63,576 nucleotides of DNA from Octopus bimaculoides (lineage: Eukaryota): NCBI RefSeq assembly GCF_001194135.2, contig NC_068986.1, positions 85,624,271-85,687,846 of the forward strand, read 5' to 3'. The notes below the pieces were generated by a model, which saw only the letters and a program-made list of their open reading frames with translations, made no database searches and was not told where the DNA came from. Position numbers and translations under genes: made by a program. Position 1 is the stretch's first letter; the number at the start of each line of letters is the position of its first letter. Below, in pieces: positions 11,771 to 24,474 of the stretch.

Positions 11771-12113
11771 CCATCTAAAACAAGAGGAATCGCTTCAACT
11801 GCGTCGATCTCAAAGGATTCGCAAAGGTCTAATCTATAAAAAAAATTTTAAGTGAGGATGAATGTTTTGCAAATTGTGCAATGATTTCAGTGATATATAT
11901 ATATATATATATATATATANNNNNNNNNNNNNNNNNNNNNNNNNNNNNNNNNNNNNNNNNNNNNNNNNNNNNNNNNNNNNNNNNNNNNNNNNNNNNNNNN
12001 NNNNNNNNNNNNNNNNNNNNNNNNNNNNNNNNNNNNNNNNNNNNNNNNNNNNNNNNNNNNNNNNNNNNNNNNNNNNNNNNNNNNNNNNNNNNNNNNNNNN
12101 NNNNNNNNNNNNN

Positions 12114-12158
<45 letters not shown>

Positions 12159-12529
12159 TAAGTATTAGAAGCAACTCCAGGTATAAAAACAAAATCAAAT
12201 CAAACACACACAACGTGTCTTTGTTTTTAGTTCGTGGGACGGCTGGGTTTTAGACGTAAATGAATACTTTCTCAATGCGCCTGGTGTTAAAAACACCAGA
12301 AAGTAAATCATAGGCAAGCGAGAAATCTCAAACGAGGTTTCGCCTCGGAGCGACAGACAGCGATATTCCGTTATTGTTGATATTTTTTAACACCACATAC
12401 TGAACAAGGCCCGCTGCAAGCTATGTCACCGACTATGACTATATACTAAATTGCTTAAGAACATTCTACTTGCATATACCGAAGTTTGATGCTACCGAAC
12501 AAATTCAAATATGAATTAGAAGTCGCTCG

Positions 12530-13219
12530 GGATCTAGTTCAAAACGGGGGCACCAGTATTTTCTTAACGAAACACTTTGAAACTTGGGACACTGGTAGAA
12601 TGTGTCATATAAAACATCTTTTTCTCTTAGTCTTCTTAAGAAAAATTATTATATTGCAATTTATTTCATGTTAAAGTTGTCGTATTTCTGTAATTTCAAC
12701 CAATGACTGACGTCCATTCAGCCGAATACATTAAGTGCTGACTACGTAAACAAACGATTCTCAAACGATTCTGGCGGTGATAAAATTATTATTTCCTTGT
12801 CAAAAAATGGCTGAAGCATATTGGCAGTAGCTAATAAACCTTTCTATTATAGGCACAAGGCCTGGTTTTTGAGGGAAGGAGCAAGTCAATTAGGGTTAGG
12901 GTTAGGGTTAGGGTTAGGGAAAACTAACACACGTGTGTTGCCTCTCTGCAAAATGTCAGAAGTAATGGAGATTAAATGCGCTTTACACCGCTTAAACTGC
13001 CAAAGGAGTAACTATAAACAACTGAATACTTGTCAGTGATTGGTTGAAATTATCGAAATAAGACAAACAATTTTTTACATGAAATTAATTCGAATACAAA
13101 TTTTTTTTCTGTTCTATAACACACAATAGATAAGTATACGAAGTTTGAAAGTCTTTCGGTATCAAAAACACTACATAAAACATAAATGAAAACTGGTGCC
13201 CCCGTTTTGAACTAGATCC
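12530..13219. mobile_element. Non-autonomous DNA transposon with perfect 27-bp TIRs and an 8-bp TSD (hAT- or Merlin-like)
   Basis: TIR GGATCTAGTTCAAAACGGGGGCACCAG at 12530-12556 and its reverse complement at 13193-13219. TSD GTCGCTCG at 12522-12529 and 13220-13227. Confidence 0.9.
12890..12919 (+). repeat. Interstitial telomeric repeat (TTAGGG)5
   Basis: Five exact units. Confidence 0.95.
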
Positions 13220-13862
13220 GTCGCTCGTGGTATACACACAAAGTCGGACACACATACACAACGCATGTGTGTTGTTAGATTGTGACTCGGCTCCACTTTA
13301 GGAGAAAGAGAATATTTTCTCAATGCGCCTGGTGTTAAGAATACCAGAAATTAAGTCATAGGCAAGTGAGAAAACTCACGTCAGGTCCGTACTTGGAGCG
13401 ACAGTCAACGACGAAATGTCACAACTATGACGTAACTGTGTGTATGTGTACACGGATAGAGAAAAAAATGCTGACATGATGTATATATGAGTAGTCAGAA
13501 TGTGGTTATATATATTATACATGCATACATACAAGCACACACATGTGCACGAGGGTATGTAGGGCACTTACCAGATGATCGAAACTCTTGGATACCGAGT
13601 AACTTTGTAAGCCATGCCAATTTCAAGAAAAACTAGCTATACTCATATTTTTAGCCCTAAATGTCTTGTTTGTTCAACGAAACACATATATATGTGCGCG
13701 TGTGTGTGCGCGTGTGTGTGTGCGCGCGCGTATATATGTGTGTGTATGTATGTATGTATGTAAATATATATATATATATGCATGCATGCATAGATATAGA
13801 GACACATATACGCACACACACACACACACACACATACGTGTACGCATACAAACACATGTATG

Positions 13863-13916
<54 letters not shown>

Positions 13917-14053
13917 CTCGAACTCGTGAACATATACATACAAACACACATATATATTAGGTGTATATTACACACGTATAAGTCACACAATTACAAACGG
14001 TGAAAAATAATATACAGAAAAAATATATAGGGTAATAATATATATATAAATGT

Positions 14054-14155
14054 ATAAGAGATATTAAGATACATGAAAGGCTTGTACGTGGAATTCAGCC
14101 CCGGTATCCGAAACTCTGAGTTTTATTATGACAACCAACTAATTGTCACATATGA
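14054..14155 (+). mobile_element. Decayed copy of the 23681-24153 hammerhead family
   Basis: CCGAAACTCTGAGTTTTATTATGACAACCAACTAATTGTCACATAT matches the reverse complement of 23691-23735. The CUGANGA half is lost. Confidence 0.55.
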
Positions 14156-14771
14156 TATATATATATATATATATANNNNNNNNNNNNNNNNNNNNNNNNN
14201 NNNNNNNNNNNNNNNNNNNNNNNNNNNNNNNNNNNNNNNNNNNNNNNNNNNNNNNNNNNNNNNNNNNNNNNNNNNNNNNNNNNNNNNNNNNNNNNNNNNN
14301 NNNNNNNNNNNNNNNNNNNNNNNNNNNNNNNNNNNNNNNNNNNNNNNNNNNNNNNNNNNNNNNNNNNNNNNNNNNNNNNNNNNNNNNNNNNNNNNNNNNN
14401 NNNNNNNNNNNNNNNNNNNNNNNNNNNNNNNNNNNNNNNNNNNNNNNNNNNNNNNNNNNNNNNNNNNNNNNNNNNNNNNNNNNNNNNNNNNNNNNNNNNN
14501 NNNNNNNNNNNNNNNNNNNNNNNNNNNNNNNNNNNNNNNNNNNNNNNNNNNNNNNNNNNNNNNNNNNNNNNNNNNNNNNNNNNNNNNNNNNNNNNNNNNN
14601 NNNNNNNNNNNNNNNNNNNNNNNNNNNNNNNNNNNNNNNNNNNNNNNNNNNNNNNNNNNNNNNNNNNNNNNNNNNNNNNNNNNNNNNNNNNNNNNNNNNN
14701 NNNNNNNNNNNNNNNNNNNNNNNNNNNNNNNNNNNNNNNNNNNNNNNNNNNNNNNNNNNNNNNNNNNNNNN

Positions 14772-14828
<57 letters not shown>

Positions 14829-15496
14829 GCAGATTTTTACGACTACAGACGCACATACACTAATTAAAATTTCATACGCATACGCACGACCACCTCCAGA
14901 AATTAAACCTTAAATATGCAGACATACACACGCAGAATGTAATTGGGAACTATGAAGTGAAATACTTCAAATCGTGATACTTTGGTGTAGATGGGGCCAA
15001 ATTAATCGATCCCAACTCCAACGGATCTGAGTTCTAATTTGAATGCTGTCTCAGCCTTTGCCCTGGAAGTAGTCGTTTTCTTTATGTCATCAGTAAACTA
15101 ATTGAATTTTAAAAACATATTTCCATTAGACACCGCAGAATTTGTTTTTCGGACTTGATTTTTACTTAAAGTCTCCTACGTATATATAGGCTTACATTAT
15201 TAAAGGTGTCAGCTGGTAGTCTGGTAGTCTGGTAGTCAGCTGGTAGTCTGAGTAGACCAAATTAATGTGAAATGAATTTCCTTACTCAAGGACTCAACCT
15301 ACAGCCCGATCCTGAAATTGAACGTGCGAGTCTATGATCATGGTCTGAACACCCTCAACCTCAGAGACAGACATGTTCGATCTGACTATAGAAATTATCA
15401 AATGGCTTTTCTTAAGATTTAACATTCTTTTATATCATTGTAATATTAATATATATTTCATATTGGAATTAATAGAGCACGTTACATTCTGTTTGA

Positions 15497-16220
15497 ATAT
15501 GAGTATGTATGTATGTATGTATGTATGTATGTACTATGTATGTATGTATGTATGCATGTATGTGTGTGTGTATGTACGCATGTGTGTGTGCATGTATTTA
15601 TGTACGTATGTATGTATGAATGTATGTATGCATGTATGTGTGTGTGTATGTATGTATGTGTGTATGTATGCATGTGTGTGTGTATGTATGCATGTGTGTG
15701 TGCATGTATTTATGTATGTATGTATGTATATATGTACGTATGTATGTATGTATGTATGTGTGTATGTATGTATGTGTGTGTATGTATGCATGTGTGTGTG
15801 CNNNNNNNNNNATGCATGTATGTGTGTGTGTATGTATGTATGTGTGTATGTATGCATGTGTGTGTGTATGTATGCATGTGTGTGTGCATGTATTTATGTA
15901 TTTGTGTATGTATGTATGTATGTATGTATGTACGTATGTATGTATGTATGTGTGTGTGTGTATGTATGAATGTGTGTGTGTGTATGTATGCATGTGTGTG
16001 TGCATGTATTTATGTATGTATGTGTGTGTGTATGTATGTACGTATGTATGTATGCATGTGTGTATGTATGCATGTGTATGTGCATGTATTTATGTATGTA
16101 TGTATGTATGTACGTATGTATGTACGTATGTATGTATGTATGTATGTATTATGTGTGTGTGTATGTATGCATGTGTGTGTGCATGTATTTATGTATTTAT
16201 GCATGTATGTATGTATGTAA
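15497..16220. repeat. Long compound (TATG)n/(TG)n microsatellite with higher-order repetition
   Basis: Direct reading. Confidence 0.95.
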
Positions 16221-16804
16221 GTGTGTGCGTGTGCGTGCCTATATTTGTTCTTGTGTGTGTATAATTTATCAAACGCAACATCTCACTTCGGTTGCTTTTG
16301 GACTTACATTTGTTTTTAGTGCCCATCATTATCACCACTGTATAAAACAAGTAAGCGATACGTTCTCAAAGCGAATATCTCTTGAAGTTTTAAGCCAATG
16401 TTTTCCATTGTTTTCTAGAATTCTCGGGCGAATCGCAAGTTGGTGAAATCACTTGTGCGTCAGATAACATGCCTATTGATATTAGTTCCGACATCCGAAT
16501 TCAGAGTTTAACCCCCGGAGCAGTATCATTTAGTACTAGCGGTAATATTTCTTCCTAGATCTTCCTCCTGAAAGAACTGGCTGTGTTTGCATCTGAAGAA
16601 GAAAGGGCCCCGTATAAGTTTAAGTTGCCCAAGTTATGCCAGTTATCCCGGTGCTGCACAATGATTCCAAGAGCAGTTAAGTACCAAATGAAGAAATGTG
16701 ACATTGATAATCAATACATTCTCTAATATATCTTACAATTTTACGTATACGTCATTTGAGTAAGATAACGGGTTACATCTAATGATTAAAAGTAATGCAT
16801 TTAT

Positions 16805-17130
16805 GTGAAGGTGCGTGGCTTAGTGGTTAGGTTAATCGGCTCACGATCGTGAAAAAAATCTTGTGTTCGATTCCCGGCGGCGCGTTGTATCCTTGAGCGA
16901 GATACTTTATTTCAAGTTGTTCCAGTCTACTCAACTGGCGGAAATTAGTTGTACTTGGAACTCAAAGAGCTAGCCTTGTCACACTCTGTGTCACGCGAAA
17001 TCTCCCTGAGAATTTCGTTAAGGGTACGCACGTCTGTGGGGTGCTCCGCCACTTGAACGTTATTTTCACGTGCAGGTTGTTCCGTTGATCGGATCAACAA
17101 GAACCTTCGTCTTCGTAAGTGACACAATGC
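16805..17130 (+). mobile_element. tRNA-derived SINE family C
   Basis: A-box TGGCTTAGTGG (16816), B-box GTTCGATTCC (16865). The 3' half is shared with 27560-27708. Confidence 0.8.
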
Positions 17131-18256
17131 CGTATACTTAGTACCTATTTCATCAAATGCTAGAGGACATATACCAAAGTTGTCTTTTTGGGGTTTTTTT
17201 CCTTACTCGCTATCAGTCTTAAGACCAACAATCATACCAACCAATATGAATCGTTTCATAATGATACTAATGTGGTAGAATATGTGACTATATGACAGAT
17301 TATATATTACTTTGTATGTTCAATGAATCTCCATCACTCGCCGCGGTCATTGTTTACTTCAGTATATATGTCCTCCTGTGTATAGCGTCTAATACATGAG
17401 AGAAATTAAATAAATAATTGTCAGACAGTACACTCTTTTCTTTTTCTCCGTCTCTCTTTTCTTTAAACCAAAATACCGAAATTTGTTCCACATATACGAA
17501 GAAACAATGACTGAGAGGTTAAACGCCAAATTTCTTTTGTTATTATATATTTCCATCAATATGGTTGATTTACCTTCCCTTTTCAGTCGGCAGAAAACTT
17601 CAGGTTCATTTGCCAATTTCTATTGATTATAATTACAAACTTGGCTAACAAACCTTGTAAGTTAAAGATATATTTCGAGTTATTTTTACTCTGAAGTTAG
17701 AAAACTTCCAATTTCGCTCTTGATATAAATTGGAATTGTTGTCAAAATATAAAATGATATTGAAATGTCCACTTTATTAAAACTATAATAACTTTTGTGA
17801 TTACTTAAAGCGAGAGATAATTTAGGAAAAAGAAGTGTGATGAGCTTTACAAGTCTACAAATCTGAATTATAGAAATATTTAAAATAAGAAAGAATTTTC
17901 ACAAAGTGTTATGTCGTGTTATGTCGTAAGGGAGAAAAGGCTTTTTGAAGTTCATATATTTGTTAGGTGTTTCACTAACGTTGCAAAAATAAAACAGTAA
18001 GGTAGAAGAATTATAGAAACGACTCACAAACCAGTACAAATATACTTGTACAGCGATAGGCACACACTCTCTCTCACAACTATATACTTATAAAAGCATA
18101 TACATAAATACACATACACAAACGTAAACACACACATATACACACGCATACATATATATTTATATACATGCACGCACGCACAAACACAAACTCACACAGA
18201 CACACACATATTTACATACGTGCATACATACACCTATACGAAGGCCCACAAAATAA

Positions 18257-18343
<87 letters not shown>

Positions 18344-18562
18344 CATGGTTGAGGAGGGTAATATATTTCCAACCTTACCACTGCTCTCTTTATCCTTTAT
18401 ATGTATATATAACAAAACTGTCCGATGAACGGGAACGTGAAACTCAGAGTAACGGTTTTTTTGTTATATTTCTGCTGCTTTTAAATAAAGCATATTACTC
18501 TACCTCTGGTATTTGAGTACTCTTTTTTCCACCTTGTTGCACATTTCATGTGCTTACTCCGG

Positions 18563-18629
<67 letters not shown>

Positions 18630-18696
18630 AGAAGTATACATACGTATATACATTTAGTCACATGTATGGAACTATACACATATGCACACACACACA

Positions 18697-18825
18697 TACG
18701 AGTTCTGATCAATAAGTATCCGGACTGTTACCATAGTATCGAAGCTAAAACATGCAGAGTGAAACCGCTTGGTACACATTGACCTTGAATTCTGTTGTTC
18801 ATGCGCACCTAGTTTTAACGTTCTT
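18697..18825 (+). mobile_element. Left end of the same mariner family as 6231-7121
   Basis: TACGAGTTCTGATCAATAAGTATCCGGACTG... aligns with 6236-6360. Confidence 0.8.
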
Positions 18826-18839
18826 GGAGACCGACAACC

Positions 18840-19815
18840 AGTAGAACTGGTTACAAGTTACAACTATTTTATATTGGTAACATAAAAATCTGGATTTCTG
18901 GAGCTTAAGAACTTTCTGAACGTACATTCAGCATCAACTTGAGTTTTGAACTCCTTCCCTTGCAGGTAACCATCAAGGTGCTTGAAAAAGTAGTAGTCGG
19001 CATGAGAAAGGTCTAGGAATAAGCTGGATGGAGAAGAACGTCGTAGCCAAGATCCCTCAACTTCTGGAGCATCGTTAGTGAAACGTGTGGTCGAGCATGA
19101 AGAAGGATTGGCCATCTTCTGTTGACCAGTCTAGGACGAAGGAGTAGCAGTTCATTTGGCAATTTCATTTGGCAATTCATTTGGCAATTTCATGACAATA
19201 TGTTTCTGCAGTAATGGATTTCCCGGGTTTTATGAAGTTATAGTGGATGAGTCCAGCAGTATACCACCAAACAGTCACCATAGCTTTCTCTTTGAAGAGC
19301 TCGGGTTTTGGGAAGTTTTTCGGTGCTTCAGTTAGGTCCAACTACTGTGAAGGACGTTATTTTATTATTGTATAGAATCCACTTTTCATTGCAAGTTACA
19401 ATACAGTCGAGAAATGGCGAAGAAGTGACGAGCAACTTTCATATATGAGCATTCTCTGATTTTCATTCAAATCGTGTGGTACCCATTTGTTGAGCTTTTT
19501 TGATTTTCCGATCGCTTGCAGTTTTCTGGCTAACTTGAAGTTCTTTTGCCAGTTCTCGGGTGGTTTTACATGGATCTTTCTCAATGACGGTCTTTAACTG
19601 ACCGTCATTAATGACAGATGGGCGGTCACTACGCTCACAAAGTTCAAGGCTCAAGTCTCCACAGTGAAATCGTTTAAACCATTTTCGAGCTACCATTCAC
19701 TAGTCATTTCCTCACCAAACGTTTTGTAGTTATCGGGAGCAGTTTCAGCTACTTTACGTCCGTTTCTGAAGTTGAATAGTAAAATTGTTCGAATATCGTG
19801 CTCTGACAGTTCCAT
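18840..19815 (-). pseudogene. Mariner transposase pseudogene
   Basis: MELSEHDIRTILLFNF..KWFKRF..ERSDRP..KWVPHDLNENQ..EKWILYNN..VTVWW..SPDLSHADYYFFKHLD..FY. Frameshifted. Confidence 0.88.
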
Positions 19816-19859
19816 TTAAGATGATTGTAACAAAGTTTTCTTTATTGCGCACAGGAGGC

Positions 19860-20859
19860 CCAACATAGAGAGAGAGGGTATAAATCCAGGAGATGCCTCA
19901 GCCTCAGCGCATGTCTGCGCATCAACAGCCAAGGCATCCTTAATCCACACTTTAATGGGTGCTGGCAGCAGACAGAGCGCTTTATAAGAGAACTTCTACC
20001 CCACCACAAAAAGCGGAAGAGCAGCCACTCCAATTAGATCAGCCACGAACGTGGAGAAAGCACGATGGTTTGACGGCAGGTAATCACAGAAACGATAAAC
20101 GCTCCTGCGACCTACGCTCTTCCTTTCATAGATAACCGCCACTCAGACCATGTCTGAGTTAGGTGGCTCATCTCGCTAAAAACCTAGCATTTTAACAGGC
20201 TCCTCCATCCAACGCTCTTGGACGTTGTTGGGAGTTATCGTCTTGCCTCTCCAGGTGTCGAGTTGCAGACCGACTGACTTATCTCGGTTAACTTTCGCTC
20301 CTGCCACTGCCTTGTCGTCCTTAATAGCTTTGCCTACCATCTGTAGGTGTGCCATCGCAGACACGATGATGGTGAGGTCATCTGTGTAAGCTGAAACCTT
20401 CCTACTGCAACATAGTTCGCGTGCGATACCCCTGAAGCCCTCCAACTTCAACTTCCGCAGTAAGGGCTCTAGAGTCAACATATAGAGAAGTGGAGAGAGA
20501 GAGAGAAAGAGAGGACATCATTGATGAACAGAACGCTTGATGCTGAACGGCTCCGGGAAGAACCCGTTCACTTGAACGATCGAGTTAATATTGCTGTATA
20601 AAGCAATGCTCCACTCGCGGAAGACGGGGTCGAGCCCGAATGCTGCGGGGACCGACACCAGATACCGAAGGTCACCCCTATCAAAAGCTTTCGACTGATC
20701 TAAATGGACCAGCACCCCACCATTGTCAGGCGACCCGTTAACACTCGCTAAGGTGTAGTGTCGAAGGTGAAGATTGTCGTGTATGGATCTGCCAGGAACG
20801 GCCGAAGTTTGTGTCTCCCCGACAATTCCACCCACGACACGCGCCAACATTTTTGCTAG
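19860..20859 (-). mobile_element. Tx1/L1-clade LINE RT fragment
   Basis: QTSAVPGRSIHDNL..LDQSKAFDR..RSVHQ.CPLSPLLY.LTLEPLL..SAYTDDLT..GAKVNRDKS. Confidence 0.88.
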
Positions 20860-21016
20860 TGACCGTCCTGTATCAATATATGCATGTATATATATATACA
20901 CTCTCAGACACACACATATATGTAAACGCACATATAAACCNNNNNNNNNNATATATATACAATTTATTATTCAAATTTGACGCGACGCATCCATTTCCAA
21001 GTAAATTTATATATGT

Positions 21017-21058
<42 letters not shown>

Positions 21059-22197
21059 CAATGATTATATATGTATATATATATACACTCTCAGACACAC
21101 ACATATATGTAAACGCACATATAAACCTATACAAGCAATTACACACATAAACAAAATAGATACAAACGCATTCATGCAAATAGACAAGAAAAATAAATTG
21201 ATTAATAAACAGATAGATAACTAACAAGCAAAAACAAATCGAATGAAAAGACTCGGTATGTCTAGATACGGCATGCCCCTAAAGAAGATAGCTGAAATGA
21301 TATTGGTCGTGAACTTACTTTATCATGATTTACTTATTGTTAAAGAATAACCGCTATTGAACTATCAATATCTGGCTGCAATTCACCTTCTAATATCTTC
21401 ATTTTGATTTCTATAAGCGTTCTACAGTGTTTAATAATAAACAGTCAAGTCTAGCAGTTATATGGCAATATTTAATGCATTGATTACAATAACAAAACAT
21501 GAGGTATTTAAATAAAATAAAATGAGGCAAGGATGCGTTCTGTCTGTCAACGGAAGCGATATTAAAGAAGCCATATAAAAGGCAAGTAATAAACGTATTC
21601 ACAATTAATAAAATGGTCTCCAGAATTACAATGTCAAAAACACGTAATGTTGTCTGATCGACAGCGCCATCAGTTCTGCTATTGTGAGTATAATTGTGAA
21701 GTCTGTGAACTGTATGAATGAATATATGCTTCTGTGTGTGTGTGTGTGAAGATATATTATGGATTTAATCAAGTATATTTCTCTTTCTTTCTGCACACTT
21801 TCTACACTTCTTTGACTCAAATCTTCCAATAAAGAAAAAAAAAAAAAGATTATTAGGGGTGTTAAATGTACACATCAGCACCAGAAGTGCACGATGAATA
21901 TAAGAAAAAGTCTTAACATTATCTACTGTTCTACACTCATATATGTGCATGCACGCATCCTCATTAACACACGTGCTCTCTGCTATACAGACTCAGTGAC
22001 ACACACACATACTAACACACACACATATATGTATATATACATATATTAATAGTAATGGTAAGACTATGTATGTATGTATGTATGTATGTATGTATGTATG
22101 TATATATATGTATGTATGTATGTATGTATTTTTTTTTTTTAAGTTTCAGCTTAGAGCTGCGGCCATGCTGATGCACCACCGTATTGCTACACTGTTA

Positions 22198-22366
22198 TTA
22201 CAGGGAACCTCTTACAATATGTGGCACTTGGTGAAGAATGGAGTTTGATTTAGCAACCCTCATTTGCACCTCCTGCCGCGAGGTAGGTTCATCTGGGACT
22301 CTCGATAGGAAGAGGTCCAGCTTTGATTTAAAAACTCCTACATCTACTTTGTGCAGATTCCTCAGG
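22198..22366 (-). mobile_element. CR1-group LINE 3' end
   Basis: LRNLHKVDVGVFKSKLDLFLSRVPDEPTSRQ..SNSILHQV. It continues into a gap. Confidence 0.8.
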
Positions 22367-23159
22367 NNNNNNNNNNNNNNNNNNNNNNNNNNNNNNNNNN
22401 NNNNNNNNNNNNNNNNNNNNNNNNNNNNNNNNNNNNNNNNNNNNNNNNNNNNNNNNNNNNNNNNNNNNNNNNNNNNNNNNNNNNNNNNNNNNNNNNNNNN
22501 NNNNNNNNNNNNNNNNNNNNNNNNNNNNNNNNNNNNNNNNNNNNNNNNNNNNNNNNNNNNNNNNNNNNNNNNNNNNNNNNNNNNNNNNNNNNNNNNNNNN
22601 NNNNNNNNNNNNNNNNNNNNNNNNNNNNNNNNNNNNNNNNNNNNNNNNNNNNNNNNNNNNNNNNNNNNNNNNNNNNNNNNNNNNNNNNNNNNNNNNNNNN
22701 NNNNNNNNNNNNNNNNNNNNNNNNNNNNNNNNNNNNNNNNNNNNNNNNNNNNNNNNNNNNNNNNNNNNNNNNNNNNNNNNNNNNNNNNNNNNNNNNNNNN
22801 NNNNNNNNNNNNNNNNNNNNNNNNNNNNNNNNNNNNNNNNNNNNNNNNNNNNNNNNNNNNNNNNNNNNNNNNNNNNNNNNNNNNNNNNNNNNNNNNNNNN
22901 NNNNNNNNNNNNNNNNNNNNNNNNNNNNNNNNNNNNNNNNNNNNNNNNNNNNNNNNNNNNNNNNNNNNNNNNNNNNNNNNNNNNNNNNNNNNNNNNNNNN
23001 NNNNNNNNNNNNNNNNNNNNNNNNNNNNNNNNNNNNNNNNNNNNNNNNNNNNNNNNNNNNNNNNNNNNNNNNNNNNNNNNNNNNNNNNNNNNNNNNNNNN
23101 NNNNNNNNNNNNNNNNNNNNNNNNNNNNNNNNNATATATATCTATATATATATATATAT

Positions 23160-23416
23160 ATACCAAAACGTGCTAGAAATAGATCACATCTTGTGTCTAT
23201 TAAGACCTTTCTGATGATTGCGGTTACATTACAAATCAGGCTGAAGAGGAATAGACAAATGGTAAGAATTTGTTAAATCCGAAACCGGTCCCTGTTTAAG
23301 AATGCTTTTTTAGGTGATTTTAAATGTCTTGCCCGCTCACGTTTTGGTATGTTGATATATTTCATGTTGAGAACAATTTAGGTCTTAATAGACGCAAGAT
23401 GTGATCTATTTCTAGC
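23160..23416 (+). mobile_element. Short hammerhead-bearing element with 37-bp inverted repeats
   Basis: 23172-23208 vs 23380-23416, 1 mismatch. A second 13-bp inverted repeat is 23160-23172 vs 23338-23350. Confidence 0.7.
23237..23294 (+). ncRNA. Type I hammerhead ribozyme, canonical core (GUC site, predicted cleavage 23290/23291)
   Basis: CAGG-CUGAAGA-GGA(AUA)GACAAAU-GGUAAGA-AUUUGUU(AAA)UCC-GAAA-CCGG-UC-CCUG. G10.1-C11.1 is present and helix III is the palindrome ACCGGU. Confidence 0.85.
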
Positions 23417-23680
23417 GCATTAATTGTCCACGTTAGTGGTCGACGTTATTTTTTAAAAATGTACCTTAATCCCCTGAGATTGCAGATAATATTTCTGAAT
23501 CTCTTTGATTCTTTAGATGTGCTGGCCTCCTGATAATTAATCGATATTAATTAATATATGAATAATTACCAGACTTTATAATAATATTTATATATATATA
23601 TATATATATATATTAATAGTAATGGTATGACAACTAAAGAATGAATGAGACCTCAATATTATGTAAATAGAGGAATTTAT

Positions 23681-24153
23681 CTGTAATATAATATGTGACA
23701 ATAATTCGTTACCATAATAAGACTCTGGGTTTCGGATGTCGAGGCGGAAACCTGCTCCGGCATCTTGTCAATTATCTAGGCAATCGAAAAATGCTATGGG
23801 AATGACCGTTAAACAAAGTGAATTTACTGTGTGATTGACCGTTATTAAGACAAAAGAACTATTGGAATGACCGTTAAATAAGGGGAAAAAACCGAAGGGG
23901 AGAAAGTAAAAAGTAAAGAAGTAAATACTTTCTCCACTTCGATTTTTATCCCCTTATTTAACGGTCATTCTAATAGCTTTTTTGTCTTAATAACAATCAT
24001 TTACATAGTAATTTCCCTTTGTTTAACGGTCATTTTCATAGCATATTTTAATTGCCTCGATAACTGAAGAGATGCCGGTGCAGGTTTCCGCCCCGACATC
24101 CAAAACCTGGAGTCTTATGACGGCAACGGAATAGATTCCACATATATTACAGG
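23681..24153. mobile_element. Fold-back of about 470 bp (arms 23681-23908 and 23926-24153), each arm with a damaged hammerhead
   Basis: The arms are roughly 80% identical by eye, with a 17-nt loop. Motifs lie at 23717-23775 (-) and 24060-24118 (+). Confidence 0.8.
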
Positions 24154-24474
24154 TATATATATNNNNNNNNNNNNNNNNNNNNNNNNNNNNNNNNNNNNNN
24201 NNNNNNNNNNNNNNNNNNNNNNNNNNNNNNNNNNNNNNNNNNNNNNNNNNNNNNNNNNNNNNNNNNNNNNNNNNNNNNNNNNNNNNNNNNNNNNNNNNNN
24301 NNNNNNNNNNNNNNNNNNNNNNNNNNNNNNNNNNNNNNNNNNNNNNNNNNNNNNNNNNNNNNNNNNNNNNNNNNNNNNNNNNNNNNNNNNNNNNNNNNNN
24401 NNNNNNNNNNNNNNNNNNNNNNNNNNNNNNNNNNNNNNNNNNNNNNNNNNNNNNNNNNNNNNNNNNNNNNATAT

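Larger units (their letters stand above)
7804..11893 (+). mobile_element. Ty3/Gypsy LTR retrotransposon, decayed (gag-PR-RT-RH-IN)
   Basis: The domain order is that of Gypsy. A 26-27 bp direct repeat (TGCAAATTGTGC[T/A]ATGATTTCAGTGAT) at about 7810 and 11868 is read as LTR remnants. Purine-rich AAGTGAGGATGAA precedes TG at 11864. The 3' LTR is cut by (AT)n and a gap. Confidence 0.88.

Noticed and set aside
16805-16880. tRNA-like A/B-box sequences (also in SINE A and B heads)
   Set aside because: They continue into shared SINE bodies and do not form cloverleafs, so they are not tRNA genes.
20877-21129. About 60-bp exact direct repeat (20877-20939 and 21071-21129)
   Set aside because: It straddles a 10-N gap and is near-identical, so it is most likely a contig-overlap artefact.
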